Assembly (NCBI RefSeq): GCF_019464535.1
Contig: NZ_CP080507.1
Location: 690,001-722,000 of the forward strand
DNA: 32,000 nt
Direction: 5' to 3'
Origin: Horticoccus luteus
GTDB taxonomy: Bacteria > Verrucomicrobiota > Verrucomicrobiia > Opitutales > Opitutaceae
In this document: piece by piece, positions 1-9,390 of the stretch
Layout: each line of letters starts with the position of its first letter
Position numbering within the stretch: the stretch's first letter is position 1
Position numbers and translations under genes: made by a program
The notes under the pieces: generated by a model
The model's database searches: none
What the model saw: only the letters and a program-made list of their open reading frames with translations
Told to the model about the DNA's origin: nothing

Positions 1-1
1 T

Positions 2-208
2 CGCAACCAAGCTGCCCAAACGCGCTTGAAGACGATGCACAAGAAGTTCACGCAGGCGGTCGCGGCCAACGACGCGGCGGCGGCGAAGACGGCGGGAGCG
101 GCTTACGCGTCGGCGATCGACCGCGCGGCCAAGAAGGGGATCGTGCACAAGAACGCGGCCAATCACGTGAAGAGCCACGTTTCGAAATACGTTTTGGCGA
201 AAGCCTGA
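2..208 (+). CDS. rpsT: 30S ribosomal protein S20, C-terminal part (5' end lies upstream of the window)
   Basis: The frame is open from nt 2. The translation RNQAAQTRLKTMHKKFTQAVAANDAAAAKTAGAAYASAIDRAAKKGIVHKNAANHVKSHVSKYV has the Ala/Lys-rich helical S20 pattern, including the KG-[IL]-[IV]-HKN-x-A motif. A strong terminator follows. Confidence 0.85.
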   Translation, partial: RNQAAQTRLKTMHKKFTQAVAANDAAAAKTAGAAYASAIDRAAKKGIVHKNAANHVKSHVSKYVLAKA

Positions 209-225
209 GGATCCTGAATTTTTTC

Positions 226-259
226 GCCCCGGCGCACTCTCGAGTGGCCGGGGCTTTTT
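226..259 (+). terminator. Rho-independent terminator after rpsT
   Basis: The stem gccccggc (226-233) pairs with gccggggc (247-254). The loop is partly self-pairing and is followed by ttttt (255-259). Confidence 0.7.
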
Positions 260-451
260 CATGTCCGCCCGCGGCGATTGCGCCGGGCGGCCGACGAGGG
301 CGCGAGTGGTTTCCGAGCACGCTGCGAACCAATATCATCCAACGCATACGCGGGGTTCGGCGGTGGGGCGCTTGTGGCATTGACCTTCTCTTAACTCTTC
401 TCACGGTCCGGCGTTCTCTGGCGCCCACTCCTTGGGCACCGACCTTGAGCT

Positions 452-3097
452 ATGAATACCTCTAAATTGTTTTGTTGTTGGTTTAGCGCGCTGGCTGCCT
501 TGGCCGGCGCATCGCTTGGTTTCGCGGGCGGCGGTCCTTATATGATCCAAAAGGTCCAGACGTTTACCCAGACCAGCGGTGCCGGCGCCGTGGCGGATTT
601 GGGCCAACCCTACTCTTTTCGCGCCAATTCCCTCGTTGAGTCCAACCTGCATCTACCGGACGGCAGCACGCAAACCTTGGTGCTTCAGGATGAAGGAGGC
701 GGTGAAGTGTCTTACGGGCTGCATTTAGACTTCGCGAACCAAGCCGCGCTCGATGCCGCCTATCCGAATGGCATCTATACGATCACGGGCACGGGAATCC
801 CGACGCTCAGCTTCAATTTGACCGGCAATCTCTATCCGACGGCGACGCCGCAGATCACCAACGGCACGTGGAGCAACGGAGGCCTTCTGGTCATTAATCC
901 GAATACGTCCACGACCCTCAACCTGAGCAACTTTTCGACCTACGCCACGGCGGGAGTTGCCGGTCACATGAGCTTGTCGCTCGGTGGCAACAACGTCGAC
1001 CTTTCACAGGATATACTCACGCAGGCGGCGTTCGATATCGACGTTTCGGCCACGCCGTTTACGTCCGTCACCGTCCCGGCGGGAAGTCTGACCGAGGGGC
1101 GGATTTACAACCTGCAATTGGATTTCGACACGGCGACGACGTTTGACCTCATGACGATGCCGGACAGCGGCGTGATTGCCCTCTACGAGAAACATCTGGA
1201 CGTCTGGGTCGTCGCGCTGGCCGATCCTTCCTCCGCACCGCCGGTGCCGACCATTTCACAGCAACCGGCGAACCAGACCGGCCCCTTGGGCGGGTCGGCG
1301 ACGTTTACCGCGATGGTCAATACGCATACGATGATGCAGGGCGATTCGCGGACCGCCTGGTATTTCAACGGCGCCGAAATCCGGTTCGATAACAACAGCA
1401 CAAAGTATCACTACGATTTCGTCGGCGGCGGAATCGGCCTGACCGTGAACAACATCACGCAGGCCGACGTGGGTGTTTACTCGCTGAAGTTCGTCAACGC
1501 AGGTGGCATCGCGGCCAGCGTCGGCGCGACGCTGGCAATTGGCGCCGCGGCGCCGCCGGTCATCACCGCGCAACCCATTGCGCAGATGCTCAACGCGGGG
1601 CAGAGCGCATTTTTCTCCGTCAGCGCCACCGGCTCTTCGCTCAGCTATCAATGGACGAAGGATGGAGTCGCTCTTCCGGGAGCGACCAGCGCCACCCTCA
1701 ATCTGAACGGCGTGCAAGTGTCTGATGCCGGCGATTACGCCGTCGCGATCGTCAGCGATGGCGGGACAATCGTGAGCGACTCTGCGACGTTGACGGTATT
1801 TGCCGCGCCGGTGATCACCGCGCAGCCGACCAGCGTCGCCGCGCCCACGGGCGGCGTGGCCACGTTCACGGTGAGCGCCACCGGTGGCCCGGCGCCGGCC
1901 TACCGGTGGGCGAAAAACAACGTGCTGATTGACGGCGCGACCAACGCCTCGCTCACCTTGACCAACCTCCAAAGCGCGGACGCCGGCGACTATGCCGTGA
2001 CCGTCGCCAACGATCGCGGCACCGTCGTGAGCAACGTCGCCACTCTCACGGTTACGACGACGCCATCGCTCCCCGTGTTCGTGGCGCAACCGGCGGATGC
2101 GTCCGATGTCGTGGGCGGTTCGGTGACGCTCACCGTCACGGTCAACGCACTGCCGGCGGCGACGTATCAGTGGCTCAAGAACGCGACGCCGATCGCGGGT
2201 GCGACCAACGCCTCGCTGGTCCTCACGTCGCTCCAGAGCACCGATGCAGGCACCTACGCGGTTGTGGCGACGAATTCGCAAGGCTCGACCACGAGCGCCA
2301 ATGCCATCGTGACGGTTGGGGCAACGAACTTCCTTTCGAACCTTTCGGTGCGCGCCGCGATGACGCAGGGGCAAACGTTGATCATGGGTTTTGTGGTCGG
2401 GGGCGGAGCGAAGCCAGTGCTGGTGCGCGTGGCAGGACCGGCGCTCAACACCTATGGGTTGACGGGCGTGGCCGATCCGCACTTCACGCTTTACGACGAG
2501 CATGCAGTCGTCGCAGGTGCGAACGAAGATTGGGACAGCACGCTGGCGCCCCTCTTCATGCAGCTCGGCGCTTTCCCCTTTCTGCCGGGCAGCAAGGACG
2601 CGGCGATGCAGGCGACGATCACCGGACCGTATACGGCGCAGGCCTCCGGGACGGGCAATGGCACGGTGCTGGTCGAAGCCTACGACGCCGGGACCAACAA
2701 TGGTTCGCGCCTCACCAATGTCTCGGCCCGTTACCATGTGGGCACAGGCAACGATATTCTGATCGCGGGCTTTGCCATCGCGGGCACGGGCACCAAGCAG
2801 GTGCTGATTCGCGCCGTCGGGCCGACACTGGCCGGTTTTGGCGTGCCCGGCGTGCTCGCGGATCCGCAGTTCACCGTGTATGACCAACAAGGAGCGGTCA
2901 TCGCGAGTAATGATAACTGGGATGCTTCGCTGGACAGCATGTTTACGACGCTGGGAGCGTTTACTTTGACCCCCGCGAGCAAAGACGCCGCCGCGCTGGT
3001 CACGCTCGACGCCGGCAAAACCTATACCGTCCAAGTCTCAGGCGTGGCCAACGGCACAGGTGAAGCGCTGATCGAAGTTTACGATGCGCAGCCCTGA
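452..3097 (+). CDS. Secreted 881-aa protein with four parts: signal peptide, an unassigned N-terminal region, four Ig-like (I-set type) modules, and a tandem pair of the shared C-terminal module
   Basis: N-terminal signal peptide: MNTSKLFCCWFSALAALAGASLGFA. Four ~83-aa repeats carry the I-set pattern (ITAQP..G..a.F.V.A.G....Y.W.K.g..i.GAT.a.L.L..lq..DAG.Y.V.v.N..G...S..A.LTV). Two C-terminal modules start at NLSVR and NVSAR. A strong terminator follows. Confidence 0.85.
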   Translation: MNTSKLFCCWFSALAALAGASLGFAGGGPYMIQKVQTFTQTSGAGAVADLGQPYSFRANSLVESNLHLPDGSTQTLVLQDEGGGEVSYGLHLDFANQAALDAAYPNGIYTITGTGIPTLSFNLTGNLYPTATPQITNGTWSNGGLLVINPNTSTTLNLSNFSTYATAGVAGHMSLSLGGNNVDLSQDILTQAAFDIDVSATPFTSVTVPAGSLTEGRIYNLQLDFDTATTFDLMTMPDSGVIALYEKHLDVWVVALADPSSAPPVPTISQQPANQTGPLGGSATFTAMVNTHTMMQGDSRTAWYFNGAEIRFDNNSTKYHYDFVGGGIGLTVNNITQADVGVYSLKFVNAGGIAASVGATLAIGAAAPPVITAQPIAQMLNAGQSAFFSVSATGSSLSYQWTKDGVALPGATSATLNLNGVQVSDAGDYAVAIVSDGGTIVSDSATLTVFAAPVITAQPTSVAAPTGGVATFTVSATGGPAPAYRWAKNNVLIDGATNASLTLTNLQSADAGDYAVTVANDRGTVVSNVATLTVTTTPSLPVFVAQPADASDVVGGSVTLTVTVNALPAATYQWLKNATPIAGATNASLVLTSLQSTDAGTYAVVATNSQGSTTSANAIVTVGATNFLSNLSVRAAMTQGQTLIMGFVVGGGAKPVLVRVAGPALNTYGLTGVADPHFTLYDEHAVVAGANEDWDSTLAPLFMQLGAFPFLPGSKDAAMQATITGPYTAQASGTGNGTVLVEAYDAGTNNGSRLTNVSARYHVGTGNDILIAGFAIAGTGTKQVLIRAVGPTLAGFGVPGVLADPQFTVYDQQGAVIASNDNWDASLDSMFTTLGAFTLTPASKDAAALVTLDAGKTYTVQVSGVANGTGEALIEVYDAQP
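1238..2326 (+). repeat. Four tandem Ig-like (I-set type) coding repeats inside the 881-aa protein
   Basis: Repeat units begin PPVPTISQQP, PPVITAQPIAQ, APVITAQPTSV and LPVFVAQPADA. Each unit ends in a-LTV or a-TLAI. DNA-level similarity is visible at the unit starts (ccggtSatcaccgcgcaRcc). Confidence 0.65.
2327..3094 (+). other. Tandem pair of the shared C-terminal module, copies A1 (2327-2704) and A2 (2705-3094)
   Basis: Hand alignment to the pairs at 20006-20842 and 27769-28614 shows these shared motifs: N-[LV]-S-x-R, GF[VA][VI], [VI]L[VI]R..GP.L, DP.[FL]., N[ED][DN]W, SKDAA, G.YT, and [LV][IV]E[VA]Y[DE] near the stop codon. Confidence 0.75.
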
Positions 3098-3126
3098 GGT
3101 GCGGTCGCGCTGACCTGGTCTTCACA

Positions 3127-3154
3127 AGCCCGCCGGATACCGGCGGGCTTTTTT
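3127..3154 (+). terminator. Rho-independent terminator after the 881-aa protein gene
   Basis: A 10-11 bp perfect GC-rich stem, agcccgccgg (3127-3136) with ccggcgggct (3140-3149). The loop is 3 nt and the run tttttt (3149-3154) follows. Confidence 0.8.
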
Positions 3155-3255
3155 GTGGGCGTTGCGCGGCGAGACCGCGCCTGTTTTTCGGACGCGGCGA
3201 TCGCGGGCGACCTGGGACTGCCGTTGTCCCAGGTCCGCGATAAAGTCAGCGCATC

Positions 3256-6123
3256 GTGGATTGCGCCGCGCCGGTGCTTCCATGTGACTTTCCCGCCGTG
3301 CCCACATCCGCTCATATTCGCCGCCATTTTCTCGCGTGGGACCGACCGTTGTTGGCCCAAGCGGTGGATTGGCTCGCGCGCGATTGGGCGGGCGCGGGGC
3401 CGCTGGATCTTTCGAGCACGCTGGTCGTCGTGCCGACGCGGCAGTCGGGGCGGCGGCTCCGGGAAGCGCTGGCGGTGCATGCGGCGGCGCGGGGGCAGGC
3501 GGTATTTCCGCCGCGCGTGCTGCCGCCGGATGCGTTGATCGCCTTCGATTTGCCGGCCGACACGGCGACGCCGCTGGAAGGTCTGCTCGCTTGGGCGCAT
3601 GTGCTGGGGGAAGCCGACCTCAGCGCGTTGCGCGCGGTGTTTCCGATCGATCCGCCGGCGCAGACTTTCTCGTGGGCGCTGCGGCTCGCGCGGAATTTTG
3701 TGCGCCTGCAGTCGGCCCTCACCGAAGGCGGGTTGTTCATGGCGGATGTGGCTACGCGCGCGGGGGAAGGTTTTTCCGAAGGCGAACGGTGGCGGCAACT
3801 CGCGCGGCTGGAGCGGTGGCAAGCGGAGCGACTCGCCGCCGCAGGGTTGCAGGATGGGCACGCCGCGCGCATCCGGGGCGCGGCGGCACCGCACGGCCTC
3901 GAGGGATTTGAACGCGCGGTCTTGCTCGGGGCGCCGGATCCTCTACCGCTGGCGCTCGCGGTGCTGGGGACGTTTGCCGAAGCCCGTCCGGTCGACGTCG
4001 TGGTATTTGCGCCCGAAGCGGAGAAGGAGGCGTTTGACGACTGGGGACGCCCGCGGCCGGAAGCATGGGCGCAACGTGAGCTGCCGATCAATGACTTCGA
4101 ATCGCACGTGCATCTGAGCGCGGACGCGGCGGCGCAGGTGAACCGGATGGCGGAGCTGGCGGGGCGTTATGAAGCGCCGGACGGCGCGCTGGCGCTGGGC
4201 TTTGCGGCGAGCGAGCTCGTGCCCTTGGCGGAAACGGCGCTGGGAAGCGTGGGCCGCACGGCGTTCAATCCGGCGGGACGCGAGCGGCGCCAAGAAGGTT
4301 TGTTTCAATTGCTCGCGGCGCTGGCGGATCTGGCGAAGGAGGCGAGTTTCGGTGCGGTGGAGGTGCTCGCGCGTTGCCCGGATTTCGGGGCGGGGTTGCA
4401 GGCGCGGTTCGGGGCAGGATTTTCGCTGGCGCATTGGCTCGCGCAACTCGACGAGCTGCGGGCGCGGCATTTGCCGGCCACGCTGGCGGCGGCGGTGGCG
4501 CACGCCGAGCGTTCGAAGCGTTATCCGGAGGCGCGGCGCGGGCTGGTGGTGGTGACGGAGATCGCGACGGCGCTCGGCGGGAATGATTTCAGCGCGGGTG
4601 CGGTCGAGGCGGTGGCGATCATTTTCGCGCAGCGGAAGCTCGATTTGCAGCGGGAGGACGATGCGGCGCTGGCGGACAGTGCGGCGGCGTGGACGGATGT
4701 CGTGCGGCAGTGCGGGCGGGCGGAGCGCGCGTTGGGTGCGCTGCCGGTGGCGGCGGCGTGGGAGCTGGCGTTGCAACGTTTCGGTGAAAGCACGCACGCG
4801 GAGGAGAAGCCGGCGGGGGCGCTGGAATTGCAGGGCTGGCTCGAGTTGCTGTGGGAAGACGCACCGCACCTCGCGATCGCTGGGTTCAATGACGGCAGCG
4901 TGCCGGATGCGGTGGCAGGAGATGTGTTTCTGCCGGAGAGTTTGCGGAGGCGGCTGGGATTGAAGACCAATGAACAGCGTTTCGCGCGCGATGCCTATTT
5001 GCTGCATGCGTTGATCGCGTCGCGCTCGCAGGCGGGTCGGGTCGACCTGCTTTACGGGAAGACGTCGCCGGCGGGTGATCCGTTGCGGCCGTCGCGTTTG
5101 CTGGTGCGTTGTGCCGAGGCCGAGTTGCCGGGGCGGATCCGGTTTCTCTTTCGACCGCTGACGGCGGCGGACGCGCAGCCGGCGTGGTCGCGCGCGTGGC
5201 CGCTGCGGCCGCGGCGGGTGGAACCGCCGGCGCGCATTGCGGTGACGGCGCTGCGGGCGTATTTGCAGTGTCCGTTCCGGTTCTACCTGCGGCACGGTCT
5301 GCAGATGGGCGCGGTGGACGCGGGCAAGTGCGAGCTGGATGCACTGGATTTCGGCACGCTGTGTCACGCGGCGTTGGAGCGGCTCGGTGATGAAGCGTGG
5401 CGCGATTGCACCGACGAAGCGGCGCTGCGAGAACTCCTGCTGCAGGTTTTCGATGAGCAGGTGCGCACGCGCTACGGTGAACACGTGGCGCTCCCGCTCG
5501 TGATGCAGCTCGAGGCGGCGCGCCAGCGGTTGCGCGCGGTCGCGGCGATCCAGGCGCGGGAGCGCGCGGCGGGATGGGTGATCGCCCACGTGGAGCGGAA
5601 ATTTGAAGTGGCGTTTGGCCATGTGACGATCAGCGGCAAAATCGATCGCCTCGACCGGCACGTGGAGACGGGGGCGTGGCGCGTGCTCGATTACAAAACT
5701 TCGGATACGGCGGTTTCGCCCGAGACCAAGCACTACGGCCCGGTGCCCGGAGATCGCGAACTACCGGCGTGGGCGATGATCGACGTGGGGGGGAAACAGC
5801 GCGCGTGGACGGATTTGCAGTTGCCCGTGTATTTGCATGCGTTGCCGACCCTCGGGCTGGGGATCAGCACCGGACTGAACGACGTGACGTGCGGCTACTT
5901 CAATCTGCCGAAGGCGGTGAGCGGCACGGCGATTGCGCTGTGGCCGGATTACACGCGCGAGTTGCACGACGCCGCGGTGGCGTGTGCGCAGGGCGTGGCG
6001 GGGGCGGTCGCGGCGGGCGTGTTTTGGCCGCCGAATGAAAAGGTGAAAGAGGATTACGATGATTACGCGGCGCTCTTTCAGCGCGGAGCCGCGGCGAGCA
6101 TCGCGTGGGAGGAGCCCGCATGA
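3256..6123 (+). CDS. addB: AddB-like PD-(D/E)XK nuclease subunit of an AddAB-type helicase-nuclease. The start is uncertain: in-frame GTG codons occur at 3256, 3274 and 3298.
   Basis: The C-terminal RecB-family nuclease motifs are RAYLQCPFRFYLRHGL, GTLCHAALE and GKIDRLD...WRVLDYKTSD. The size (~950 aa) fits. The gene sits directly upstream of, and overlaps by ATGA, a UvrD-type helicase-nuclease gene, which is the addB-addA gene order. Confidence 0.75.
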   Translation: MDCAAPVLPCDFPAVPTSAHIRRHFLAWDRPLLAQAVDWLARDWAGAGPLDLSSTLVVVPTRQSGRRLREALAVHAAARGQAVFPPRVLPPDALIAFDLPADTATPLEGLLAWAHVLGEADLSALRAVFPIDPPAQTFSWALRLARNFVRLQSALTEGGLFMADVATRAGEGFSEGERWRQLARLERWQAERLAAAGLQDGHAARIRGAAAPHGLEGFERAVLLGAPDPLPLALAVLGTFAEARPVDVVVFAPEAEKEAFDDWGRPRPEAWAQRELPINDFESHVHLSADAAAQVNRMAELAGRYEAPDGALALGFAASELVPLAETALGSVGRTAFNPAGRERRQEGLFQLLAALADLAKEASFGAVEVLARCPDFGAGLQARFGAGFSLAHWLAQLDELRARHLPATLAAAVAHAERSKRYPEARRGLVVVTEIATALGGNDFSAGAVEAVAIIFAQRKLDLQREDDAALADSAAAWTDVVRQCGRAERALGALPVAAAWELALQRFGESTHAEEKPAGALELQGWLELLWEDAPHLAIAGFNDGSVPDAVAGDVFLPESLRRRLGLKTNEQRFARDAYLLHALIASRSQAGRVDLLYGKTSPAGDPLRPSRLLVRCAEAELPGRIRFLFRPLTAADAQPAWSRAWPLRPRRVEPPARIAVTALRAYLQCPFRFYLRHGLQMGAVDAGKCELDALDFGTLCHAALERLGDEAWRDCTDEAALRELLLQVFDEQVRTRYGEHVALPLVMQLEAARQRLRAVAAIQARERAAGWVIAHVERKFEVAFGHVTISGKIDRLDRHVETGAWRVLDYKTSDTAVSPETKHYGPVPGDRELPAWAMIDVGGKQRAWTDLQLPVYLHALPTLGLGISTGLNDVTCGYFNLPKAVSGTAIALWPDYTRELHDAAVACAQGVAGAVAAGVFWPPNEKVKEDYDDYAALFQRGAAASIAWEEPA

Positions 6124-9100
6124 GCGCGACGCGACACGTGATGATTCTGGCTTCGGCCGGCTCGGGGAAAACCTACGCGTTGACGAACCGGTTTGTGAGC
6201 CTGCTGGCGCAGGGCGCGGCACCGGAGCGGATCGTCGCGCTGACGTTTACGCGGAAGGCGGCGGGAGAGTTTTTCGACGAGATCCTCAACAAGCTGGCCG
6301 ATGCGGCGGCGGACGAGGTCAAAGCGGGCCGGCTCGCGGCGGACATCGGGCGGCCGGACTTGGGGGCGGCGGATTTCGGGCGCTTGTTGCGCGGCGTGGT
6401 CGACGCCATGCACCGGCTGCGGCTGGGGACGCTGGATAGTTTTTTCGCGCGGGTGGCGCGGGCGTTTCCGTTTGAGCTGGGGCTCGCGGGCGAGTTCGAG
6501 ATTTTGCAGGAGCATGCGGCGCGAACCGAGCGGCAGCGTGTGCTGCAGCGGCTCTTTACGCACACCGGGGAACTGCAGCCGGAACAGCGGGAGTTCATCG
6601 AGGCATTCAAGCGTGCGACGATGGGCATGGAGGAGAAGCAACTGGGCGCGCGGCTCGACAAGTTCATCGACGAGCATCACGAGAAATATCTGGGCGCGCC
6701 GGCGGCGGAGGTGTGGGGCAATGCCGCGACGATCTGGCCGGAAGGGCAACCGTGGTTGCGAACCGTGGAGCTGGCGCCGGCGCTCGCGGCGTTGCGGACG
6801 TGGCTGGCGACGGCGGAGATCGCACCCAAACAACGGCAGCGGTGGGAAAACTTTTTGCAGGCGGCGGAAATGTGGGCGCCGGGAGTGGATATCAAAGGGC
6901 CGCTCGCGTATGTGCTCGAGAAGGCGTTGGAGGCGTGGGCGGAATTGGGGCGGGGCGACGTGGAGCTGGCATTCGATCACAAGAAACAGTGCCTCACTTC
7001 GGCGGCCGGCGCGGCGCTGGCGGATGTGGTGTGCCATGTGGCGGGCGGCGAGCTGACGCGGAAACTGGCGACGACGCGCGGGATTCACGCGGTCGTGCGC
7101 GGCTACGATCAGGCTTACCACGCGGCGGTGCGGCGGGCGGGCAAACTGACGTTTGCCGATGTGCAACGCCTGTTGATGCCGGGGGGCGGGGAGCGTCCGA
7201 GACTGACGCGCGTGGCGGAGGAGGAAGAAGGCAACCGGTTGTTCATCGATTACCGGCTGGACGCGGAGATCGACCACTGGCTGCTCGATGAATTCCAGGA
7301 CACGAGCTACGGGCAGTGGAGCATCCTGCGCAACTTGATCGACGAGGCGGTGCAGGATGCGGAAGGGCGGCGGAGCTTTTTCTGCGTGGGGGATGTGAAG
7401 CAGGCAATTTTCACGTGGCGGGAGGGCGACCCGCGGTTGTTCGGGGAGATTTTTCGCTATTACAATGACGCGGCGCCGGGCTCGATTGAGCAGGAGTATC
7501 TGGTGCGTTCGTGGCGTTCGGGACCGGCGCTGATCGAAATGGTGAACGCGGTTTTTGGGGCGGGGGAGGTGATCGCGGAATTTTTCCCCGGGCGGCCGAG
7601 CGAGTTGTGGAATGAAGCGTGGCGCGACCACGAGTCGGCGGTGCCGGACCGGGTGGGGCAGGCGGCGTTGCTGCATGCGGACGATGGCGTGGACCGGTTT
7701 GCGACGACGTTGCGCCTCGTGCAGGAGCTCGATCCGCTGGCGGCAGGACTGACGTGCGCGGTGCTCGTGCGGAAGAACGACGAGGCGGCGGCGATCGCGG
7801 ACTACCTGCGGCGCGAAGGCGGCGTGCCTGCCGTGGCGGAGTCGGATCTGCACGTGGCCACGGATAATCCGATGGGTGCGGCGATGCTGGCGTTGTTTCA
7901 GGCGGCGGCGCATCCGGGCGACACCCTCGCGGGGGAGCATTTGCGCATGTCGCCTCTCGGCGAAATCACGGAGGCACGGGAGCTCGGCACGCCGGAAGCG
8001 TTGAGCCGGCGCGTGCTGAGCCAGGTGCATGCGGAGGGTTTCGAGCGCACGGCGGCTTACTGGCTGCGGGCGGACGGAAATCGGATGCAGGGGAGCGATG
8101 TGTTTGGGGCGCAGCGGGCGCGGCAGTTCATCGCGGCGGCGGCGCTTTTCGATGCGACCGGCAGCCGCGACGTGACGGAGTTCGTGGCGTTCATGCAGGT
8201 TTACAAGGAGCGCGAACCAGAGAGCGCGGCGATGGTGCGCGTGCTGACCATTCACAAATCCAAAGGCCTCGGCTTTGATGTGGTGATTGTGCCGGCGTTG
8301 GAGGGCACGCGGGTGGACCAGGCGCGCGAGGGGCTCGCGATGAAGAAGGCGGCTGATCGTTCGGTCGAATGGGTGTTGGACCTGCCGACCAAAGCGTTGG
8401 CGACGGCGGATGCCGTGTTGACGGACTATGTGCGGGAGGCGGAGGCGGTGGCGGGCTACGAGGCGTTGTCGCTTCTCTACGTGGCGATGACGCGCGCCAA
8501 GCGGGCGATGTATGTGATCACTGAGCGCGTGGGAAAATCGAGTTCGCGCAACTTTCCGCAATTGCTGGCCCGGACGCTGGGGGAGGCGGACACGATGATA
8601 AAAGTCGGCGGCCTCACCCTTCCCGGAGCATGGGCCTTCGGTGATCCGGATTGGCGGCAGCAGGTGTCGACGCTGGGGCCACCGGCGGCGCCGGACGAAA
8701 CTTTGCCGCTGCTGCCTGAAGCGGATCGCACGGTCGGTGTGCGCGCGGTCGCGCTGCGTCCTTCGAGCGAGCGCACCGGAGTCGTGCCGGCGCCGCAGGT
8801 GTTTGCATTAAACGGATCGGCGGCGAGTGAGTTTGGCACGTCGGTGCACGGGCTGTTGGCGGATATCGAATGGTGGCCGCACGCGAGCGGCGAAGCGTGG
8901 AAGCGTGGCTGGGAGGCTCGCGGGGTGGAGCATGCCGCGATCGCGGAGGCGTGGCGTTGCGTGACGGCCGCGGCGCTCGGAGAAGTGTGGCGGCGGCCGG
9001 CGGGCAAAGCAGAAGTCTGGCGGGAGAAGGCGTTCGAGATTCTGCTCGATGGCGCGTGGATCACGGGCGTGTTCGATCGGGTGGTGGTGGCGCGCGACGA

Positions 9101-9320
9101 CGCCGGCCGGGCGACGGCGGCGGTGGTTTATGATTTCAAAACGGACCGGGTCGGGAACGAGGGGGAGATTGCCCGCGCCGTCGAGCGTCACGCCGGGCAA
9201 CTGGACATCTATCGGCGCGCGGCAGCGGTGCTTACCGGTTTGCCGGTCGCGGCGGTTGTGACGGAGCTGGTGTTCACGGCAGCCGCGCGAAGAGTGGTGG
9301 TGCCGGGAGCTGCCCGCTAA
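6120..9320 (+). CDS. addA: AddA-like UvrD/Rep superfamily-1 helicase with a C-terminal PD-(D/E)XK nuclease domain
   Basis: Helicase motifs: Walker A ASAGSGKTY, motif II LDEFQDTS, TIHKSKGLGFDVV and LLYVAMTRAKRAMYV. C-terminal nuclease: GTSVHGLL, VFDRVVV...VVYDFKTD and QLDIYRRAA. I prefer the ATG at 6120 because it overlaps the addB stop (ATGA); the track's start at 6105 is a GTG. Confidence 0.88.
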   Translation: MSATRHVMILASAGSGKTYALTNRFVSLLAQGAAPERIVALTFTRKAAGEFFDEILNKLADAAADEVKAGRLAADIGRPDLGAADFGRLLRGVVDAMHRLRLGTLDSFFARVARAFPFELGLAGEFEILQEHAARTERQRVLQRLFTHTGELQPEQREFIEAFKRATMGMEEKQLGARLDKFIDEHHEKYLGAPAAEVWGNAATIWPEGQPWLRTVELAPALAALRTWLATAEIAPKQRQRWENFLQAAEMWAPGVDIKGPLAYVLEKALEAWAELGRGDVELAFDHKKQCLTSAAGAALADVVCHVAGGELTRKLATTRGIHAVVRGYDQAYHAAVRRAGKLTFADVQRLLMPGGGERPRLTRVAEEEEGNRLFIDYRLDAEIDHWLLDEFQDTSYGQWSILRNLIDEAVQDAEGRRSFFCVGDVKQAIFTWREGDPRLFGEIFRYYNDAAPGSIEQEYLVRSWRSGPALIEMVNAVFGAGEVIAEFFPGRPSELWNEAWRDHESAVPDRVGQAALLHADDGVDRFATTLRLVQELDPLAAGLTCAVLVRKNDEAAAIADYLRREGGVPAVAESDLHVATDNPMGAAMLALFQAAAHPGDTLAGEHLRMSPLGEITEARELGTPEALSRRVLSQVHAEGFERTAAYWLRADGNRMQGSDVFGAQRARQFIAAAALFDATGSRDVTEFVAFMQVYKEREPESAAMVRVLTIHKSKGLGFDVVIVPALEGTRVDQAREGLAMKKAADRSVEWVLDLPTKALATADAVLTDYVREAEAVAGYEALSLLYVAMTRAKRAMYVITERVGKSSSRNFPQLLARTLGEADTMIKVGGLTLPGAWAFGDPDWRQQVSTLGPPAAPDETLPLLPEADRTVGVRAVALRPSSERTGVVPAPQVFALNGSAASEFGTSVHGLLADIEWWPHASGEAWKRGWEARGVEHAAIAEAWRCVTAAALGEVWRRPAGKAEVWREKAFEILLDGAWITGVFDRVVVARDDAGRATAAVVYDFKTDRVGNEGEIARAVERHAGQLDIYRRAAAVLTGLPVAAVVTELVFTAAARRVVVPGAAR

Positions 9321-9390
9321 CGCGGACAAATTCGGGCTTTACAGCCGGCGCCGGGCTCCGCACGGTTTCCGGCATTCATTTACTTAAAAC

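Noticed and set aside
1256-3034. 592-aa minus-strand ORF antisense to the 881-aa protein gene. The same class includes 3943-5733, 6078-8561, 14576-16114, 17981-19144, 21567-22589, 24747-26066, 27172-28146, 28195-29127 and 29386-30501.
   Set aside because: All are Arg/His/Gly/Pro-rich low-complexity translations with no recognisable motifs. Each lies exactly opposite a gene with strong family signatures. They are typical shadow ORFs of high-GC DNA, where stop codons are rare.
3079-3894. 271-aa minus-strand ORF, and the 3155-3538 plus-strand ORF, around the addB-like start
   Set aside because: They overlap a strong terminator and the addB-like coding frame, have Arg/Pro-rich composition and show no family signature.
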